Shown piece by piece: positions 58,363 to 64,000 of a stretch of DNA of 64,000 nt. A program made the translations under genes and the position numbers. The DNA is from Phyllobates terribilis (Eukaryota): the NCBI RefSeq assembly GCF_046119375.1, contig NW_027362762.1:194742001-194806000 (forward strand), written 5' to 3'. How positions within the stretch are numbered: the first letter of the stretch is position 1; each line of letters starts with the position of its first letter. The notes beneath the pieces are model-generated. The model ran no database searches, was not told the origin of the DNA, and saw only the letters and a list, made by a program, of their open reading frames with translations.

Positions 58363-58551
58363 ATTTGTGGTTGTGTTCTCATAGGCCTGGGAATTTATGT
58401 GATGGTCCAAATGCACAACCCGCAAATATTTAAAAACGCCTATATATTTGGGCCTCCTATTGTCATTATTGCAGTGGGTGTCGTAATTTTCTTCATCTCC
58501 TTCTTTGGCTGCTGTGGAGCTGTGAAGGAGAACTACTGCATGGTCACCACG
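58363..58551 (+). CDS. cd63: CD63 coding exon 2 (exon 3): TM1 end, small extracellular loop, TM2, CCGAVKENYC
   Basis: T25 tract and CCTCCAG acceptor; 189 nt reading ICGCVLIGLG...ISFFGCCGAVKENYCMVTT; donor GTGAGG. Confidence 0.96.
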
Positions 58552-58634
58552 GTGAGGACCCTTCTCTTCCAATTGTTCGTTGGGGTATAGAAGGATGAGT
58601 GTTTGTATTTCTTAATGCCATATTTTTGTTCCAG

Positions 58635-58709
58635 TTCGCTGTTTTGCTGGGTTTGATATTCCTGGTGGAAATCGCAGCTGCAATCGCCGGATATGTCTAC
58701 AGGAATCAG
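58635..58709 (+). CDS. cd63: CD63 coding exon 3 (exon 4): TM3
   Basis: 75 nt, FAVLLGLIFLVEIAAAIAGYVYRNQ; AG/GTAAGT boundaries; 83-bp upstream intron. Confidence 0.96.
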
Positions 58710-59863
58710 GTAAGTCTCCTATTGTTACTGTTGCCCCATTTACCTAGTGTCCACATACACCAAGAGATGAAATATCGTTCTCTATAGACTTTTGTTACTT
58801 CTGCTTTGATAGTGGAGGGAGAGCAATATGTTTGGGCTTAACTCAGACGTCTCCCCTTAGGCCGAATTCACCCCCTTGTGTCCCAGCACAGATCAGCCAT
58901 GGGTCTCCTAACCTGAATGCAGTGGCCTCATATATGCCCATGAGCCTCCTATGTGCCAATGAGGCTGTTATTTCAGGGTAGGAGACCCTGAATCTGGTCC
59001 ATGCGTCATGGACCACAACACAGACAGCATAACTCTGCGTTGAAAGTGACCACCTGGAAATGCTTGAGCGCTGCTCTTTGGATCGAAGAGGGTCCCAAAG
59101 CTAAAATCCCCAGCAATCAGTACTGAAATACCTGGCACAGCTACGCTGTCACTGAGCCAAGAGATTGGCTGCTGGCGACTGATCTTTTGTTCATGTCTAC
59201 AAGTTTTTTTTTTTTATTTGGTTATCAAAGCGGATTGGCTCCTAGAATAATCTAGCTACTAAAGTCTCCAGCCATTTGTTAATTTAGCAGAACTATTGTA
59301 TATTTTGCAATTCTTGAAGTTTAACTTGCTGCAGATTGGCTGGAGTTAAGAGAACTTCTATTAAAGAGTCATAAAGTAGAGCATTTAGTTGAATACTCTA
59401 CAAGCTGAAAACAAAGTAAGCCATACTCCTCAAAGTTTGCTGTTGGTGGGTGGTGGCATTAGAATATCCCTTCAAATATGTCAGTGTTTGGCCTAAAGAC
59501 CCCTTTCCTTATGGGGACTGTCGTTATGATTTAGTAGGGCTGGTATACATTATTGGGCTCAGGATCTTCTGCAGTTTATCGAAGAAAGGGAAAAAATTCT
59601 TTACCAGAGGAGCCAGGCACTGTTCCCTTTATCCAGGTCCTCCCCTTACTCTCCCATCCCAACAGTGGGCAAAGAAGGAGTAATGCAGGAATCAATCTCA
59701 TAATTTGCTTTGGGATCCCCGACATTCATCCAGCTCATCAGTTGCTGTTGCGCCGGATTCTTGAATGAGTCAGATCAAAAAATCTATGGGTTGCTAACCA
59801 AGCACTGTCTTGTGACAGTGAAATGTGAATTTGACTTTTTTTTTTTTTTTCTTGATATTTCAG

Positions 59864-59959
59864 GTGCAGAGTGCATTCTCAGATACCATCACAGCTGGCA
59901 TGAGAAATTACAGCACTACTGCAGAAGCAAAGAAGGGAATTGATGATCTGCAGACAAAC
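59864..59959 (+). CDS. cd63: CD63 coding exon 4 (exon 5): large extracellular loop, N-terminal helices
   Basis: 96 nt, VQSAFSDTITAGMRNYSTTAEAKKGIDDLQTN; AG/GTAAGT boundaries. Confidence 0.92.
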
Positions 59960-60894
59960 GTAAGTTGTTCTTGCCATTCCGATAAGCAGACTTGTATAGT
60001 GGTATGTACAGACTTATATTAAGTCAGCCGGAGCAGGCGCCACTCATACAGAAGGACTGTTGGCTCTGGCTAGGTAATCCCGAGCTAAGGAACATGTATG
60101 ATGGCAATGTGCCTTAATGAGGATTAGACACTAGTTGTCACGTTTAAATACCCCCTCTTCCCCCCCCCCCCCCCCCCCCATCCCCACCTTCGAGTCTTTT
60201 AATTTGAACCCCTTCCTGACATGAGACACTTACATCATCAGCAGGATGTGGGTCCTGCAAAACGTTGCCAACGTAGATTCTGCTGCTCTCGGAATTGCAG
60301 ATGTAGTGCTTCATGATCAGCCAGCAGTTTTCTTGCTGTCACAAAAATACAATCCTGGCCATTTATTGCCAATGGATGAAGCGGTCAATAATACTGCATG
60401 GTCTAATAGGCTGCCAGTTAGTCTGCCACTGACAGGTATATTGCACTGCAATACTTATGTACTGCAGTGCACTGTGTAGGCTACCAAAGGCTTGCATGTT
60501 CACTCTTTTGGGACTAAGTAAAAATTAGCATTTATCCTAAACTGTATGTATGTGTATAGATAGAGATAGATATATATTATCTAGGATTATTTGTTTATAC
60601 CGCTCTCCAAATAAAAATAGAATAAAAAAAAATAATAAAAATTAAAACCATAGCTTGCTCTGCAGGGAAAAAAAGCCTTTAACTTTTTAAAACTTTCTAT
60701 TCAGGAAGGGCAAGCTGGAATGGAAGAAATAAGTTGCACAATATATCAGACAGTTGCATATCTTCATTTGCTACATATTCTGGAAAGATTTATACAAATT
60801 ACTTGAAAATTTGCCACATTTTTGAGCTTTATTATAGTTTAATAATTTTTTTGTATACCTACAACTTTATGCTATGATTGTCCTTTCTCTCCAG

Positions 60895-61032
60895 TTCAAG
60901 TGCTGCGGTGCCAATAACTTTACCGACTGGAAGAACTTTGATCCATTTAAAGGTACAAATGACGTGCCCGACTCTTGCTGCAAGGAGGTGTCTACAAATT
61001 GTGGCAAGAACTTGACCAACATTTACACTGCT
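60895..61032 (+). CDS. cd63: CD63 coding exon 5 (exon 6): CCG and PDSCC motifs
   Basis: 138 nt, FKCCGANNFTDW...VPDSCCKEVSTNCGKNLTNIYTA; AG/GTAAGT boundaries. Confidence 0.95.
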
Positions 61033-61563
61033 GTAAGTATGAACAGACGGACTTTGTGTAACTGTCATTGTGGTCTCCATAATGCACTGCTTTCAAGTAA
61101 TTGTCATAATCAGACAAATTTTAAATGACCTTTTCCCTTAATAGGATAATAAAACGTATAATTAAAAAGCTGCACAAATAAGTAAGCATTGGCCAAGATC
61201 TCCAAAAAATGCAAACCATTTCTGAAATGGATACTCCAAAACCATGTTTGTCAGAGCACATTCCCTTTCTTCCAGGAGTGTCCATGTAATCATATTATGC
61301 TCCCACCTCTTATCCATACATTTAGAGTAACCTCCGTTTTAATTTATTAATCAGTAGTAAACGTGACAATAAGCAACTCTTGTAATATTTATCTGAGATC
61401 TGCTTCTTTCTCTGCCAGAATTGATCAGTCATTATCAAAATTCTCAATTCTGGGGTAAAATCTGTATTCAGTAAAGACACTTTCCTATTACTTAGGGAGG
61501 AGATGGCGGCTGCTACTGACCTATTCTATGGTTTTATGAAATAAAAATGACGCTTAATTTTAA

Positions 61564-62347
61564 CCCCTTTACGACATTGGGATTTTCCATTTTTGCATTT
61601 TTGTGTTTTGCTCCACTTGTTCCCAGAGCCATAGTTTTTATTTTTTGGGCAATATGGCCATGTGAGGGCTTATTTTTTGCGGGACGAGTTGTAGTTTTAA
61701 ACGCCATCACTGGTTTTACCATATCGTGTACTGGAAATCGGGGAAAAAAATTCCAAGAGCGGTGAAATTGCAAAAAAAAAAAAAAAAAGTTTTTTTTTCT
61801 TTTTTTTTTCTCTTTCCACGTTCACTGAATGCTAAAACTGACCTGCCATTATTATTCTCCAGGTCATGAGTTCGTAGACCCCAAACATGTATAGGTTCTT
61901 TTTTATTTAAGTAATGAAAAAAATATCCAAAGTTTGCTTAAAAAAAGCGCCATTTTCCGAGACCCGTAGCGTCTCCATTTTTCGGGATCTGGGGCCAGGT
62001 GAGGACCACTAGGTGGCGCTCATATCTATCTTTACATGACAACCACTGGGGTCTGCTGCTGACCCAGGGTTGTCATGCCAACACATCGGTGACTGGGTCA
62101 CCGATGGATGTGGTAAGTGATGCGCTTGCGGCGCTGTTAAATGCCGCTGTCAGAGATTGTCAGCGGCATTTAACTGGTTAACAGCCGCGGGTGGAATCTC
62201 GATTCCACCCGCAGCTGTTGCGGGCACATGTCAGCTGATTCTTACAGCTGACATGTGCCCAGTTCAGTGTGGGCTCACCGCTGGAGTCCTCACTGAACTG
62301 GGGATGATGGCCTGGGTCATACTAATACATCCCAGGCCAGAAAGGGG
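61564..62347. mobile_element. Non-autonomous piggyBac-type MITE in cd63 intron 6, TTAA TSD
   Basis: TTAA-CCCCTTTACGAC...GAAAGGGG-TTAA; colinear with 28382-29504. Confidence 0.85.
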
Positions 62348-63164
62348 TTAAACTCCTGTATGAAGTAAATTGTACTTACAGTTCGGCATGCTGAGATTAA
62401 TGGGCAGCCTTAAAGGAAATGTGTTGCAAAATTTAACTGTGTAAATTATTTTAATAAAATACAGTATAGTAGTATGTCATTAAATTGTATTCTGCAGCCG
62501 CTGGATGCTGCCATTTTTATTTGCTGGAGTGTAAAACTGGCTGTATACATATCCCAGGCGACATGCAGTCGTCACTATGTCTGCATGCCTTATGTGCTAT
62601 CCGGGGACGTACCTGAAATGAGGAGGAGGCAGGAGACATTTTGTGCTTTGTCTCCATGCTATTACAAATACTACACCCTCTATCCCCCCCGACAATAGTC
62701 AGCATCTCCCGCCATGTCCTCACCACTTCAGTGCTGTCCCTCCAGTTCCAGCTGATGTGAGGTGTGATGTGTATACAGCCTATAGTCCTATAAGTTCATG
62801 TATGGAAACGTAATTCTCATGTCAGACTGGCCAGAAAGTAACTTTCACGTCTGCTGCTCTCGTTTCCGCACAACTTCATTTATTTGGAGCTTCCTATGTT
62901 TTAGGATGGAAGTTTTTGTTTTGTTTTTTTCTTTAGTGATTACCCCCTTAGCCGAGATGAAGAGATTTTAAATAGACACTAGAACTTGATGCCGTCTATT
63001 CATCTTTTATTGGCTGGCAATACATTTGAGACCTGTAGAACAAGTTTCCTAATAGCAAAAATCTGTGATTCTGAATAGCAATGTGTGTACGACATGTATG
63101 GGAAAAATAAGTTCCACTTTTTAGTGACTAATATTGGTACTTCTGCCTACTCTTCCTTCCGCAG

Positions 63165-63248
63165 GGTTGTGTGCCCACAATAGAAAGCATGTTAAAGACC
63201 AGAATAGGCATCATCGCTGGAGTTGCCTTGGGCATTGCATTCTTCGAG
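63165..63248 (+). CDS. cd63: CD63 coding exon 6 (exon 7)
   Basis: 84 nt, GCVPTIESMLKTRIGIIAGVALGIAFFE; GCAG/GTGAGT boundaries. Confidence 0.95.
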
Positions 63249-63569
63249 GTGAGTCCTTATTTTCATTTTAACGGGGACTTTTCTACACGAACACCTTTTA
63301 TCTGCACAGTCTGAGAGTCCTGCAGTAGTTATAGGATGGCGAAGAAGAACTTCTAATTCTCCTGCCATACATCAGACTTTGGGTAAAAGGTAGTCCCTCA
63401 TCTAGATTGGTATCTTGTTGAAGATCTATAAAGCTGGCTTATTTCTACCTTTATGTTGATGTAGCAAATAAAATAACTTAATATTTGTCCTAGGAATGTT
63501 TAAAAAAAAAAAAAGACGTGAGAGACTGGTAGTATTTAAGTTGCATTAATACCTTTCGTTTTCTTTCAG

Positions 63570-63635
63570 ATCTTGGGGATCGTCTTTGCCTGCTGTCTAA
63601 TGAAGGGAATCCGCAGTGGATATGAAGTCATGTGA
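63570..63635 (+). CDS. cd63: CD63 last coding exon (exon 8) with the GYEVM lysosomal sorting motif and stop
   Basis: ILGIVFACCLMKGIRSGYEVM-TGA; the spliced CDS totals 237 aa and all coding introns are phase 0. Confidence 0.97.
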   Translation: MLGIVFACCLMKGIRSGYEVM

Positions 63636-64000
63636 AGGTCTCCAGTGTAGAAGATTACGCCGTGCTGTCACTTCCTCCGTCGCCTTATTAAGCTACACGC
63701 TGGCCTCTGCTATATTTTGCATGATTTGCAACTTGTTTGCATACGCGAGGCTGTAGCTTCATAAGGCAAAGTGTGTTTCCTGTGTGAATTAAATGCTCGA
63801 TCACTAGTTTTTATGTGTTTGCGGGAAACCTGTAGCCGTCACGTCTTGCTCATATCTTGCATATATACTGCACACTTTAGCTACAGATGTTCCTACAAGC
63901 AGTTGTAAAGTAACTGGTTTAATTTCTCATTTTTAAAGCTTTAACCGTCTTGTTGAAGACAATTTATGGGGGGATATCATAGAAAGAAATACTGTAACAT
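63636..64000 (+). other. cd63: cd63 3' UTR (end not determined; candidate ATTAAA at 63788-63793)
   Basis: Follows the stop codon; U-rich; the cleavage site cannot be determined from sequence alone. Confidence 0.5.

Overview
Repeat-dense vertebrate genomic DNA, almost certainly from an anuran (frog); this is inferred from the transposon families and the CD63 sequence. There is one host gene, the tetraspanin cd63 on the + strand. It has a non-coding exon 1 ending at 37506 and seven coding exons from 37749 to 63635, giving 237 aa with the lysosomal GYEVM tail. Its intron 2 is 20.5 kb and contains a 128-N assembly gap. The first 11.6 kb is a multi-layer transposon nest. A decayed piggyBac element (- strand) is interrupted by a young 5'-truncated CR1 LINE and by an LTR. 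That LTR is interrupted by a chromodomain-bearing Ty3/Gypsy element, and a second copy of the same family with an open pol appears to sit inside the first. The rest is Tc1/mariner, hAT, PIF/Harbinger, piggyBac-type and Kolobok/T2-type MITEs, solo LTRs, L2 fragments, a V-SINE and four minisatellites. I found no CRISPR array, rRNA or tRNA gene, and no convincingly new multi-gene system. The best leads are: (i) a perfect 32-bp foldback at the CR1 5' junction, which also creates a 683-codon piggyBac/CR1-RT chimeric ORF; (ii) a 1.15-kb Tc1 foldback element built from two transposase 3' ends; (iii) Gypsy self-nesting; (iv) a G-rich VNTR abutting a CLEAR/M-box, AP-1 and ETS cd63 promoter; (v) MITEs carrying outward-facing splice donors that form crossing inverted pairs in cd63 intron 2. 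Coordinates were read by eye; element ends without clear TSDs are approximate.
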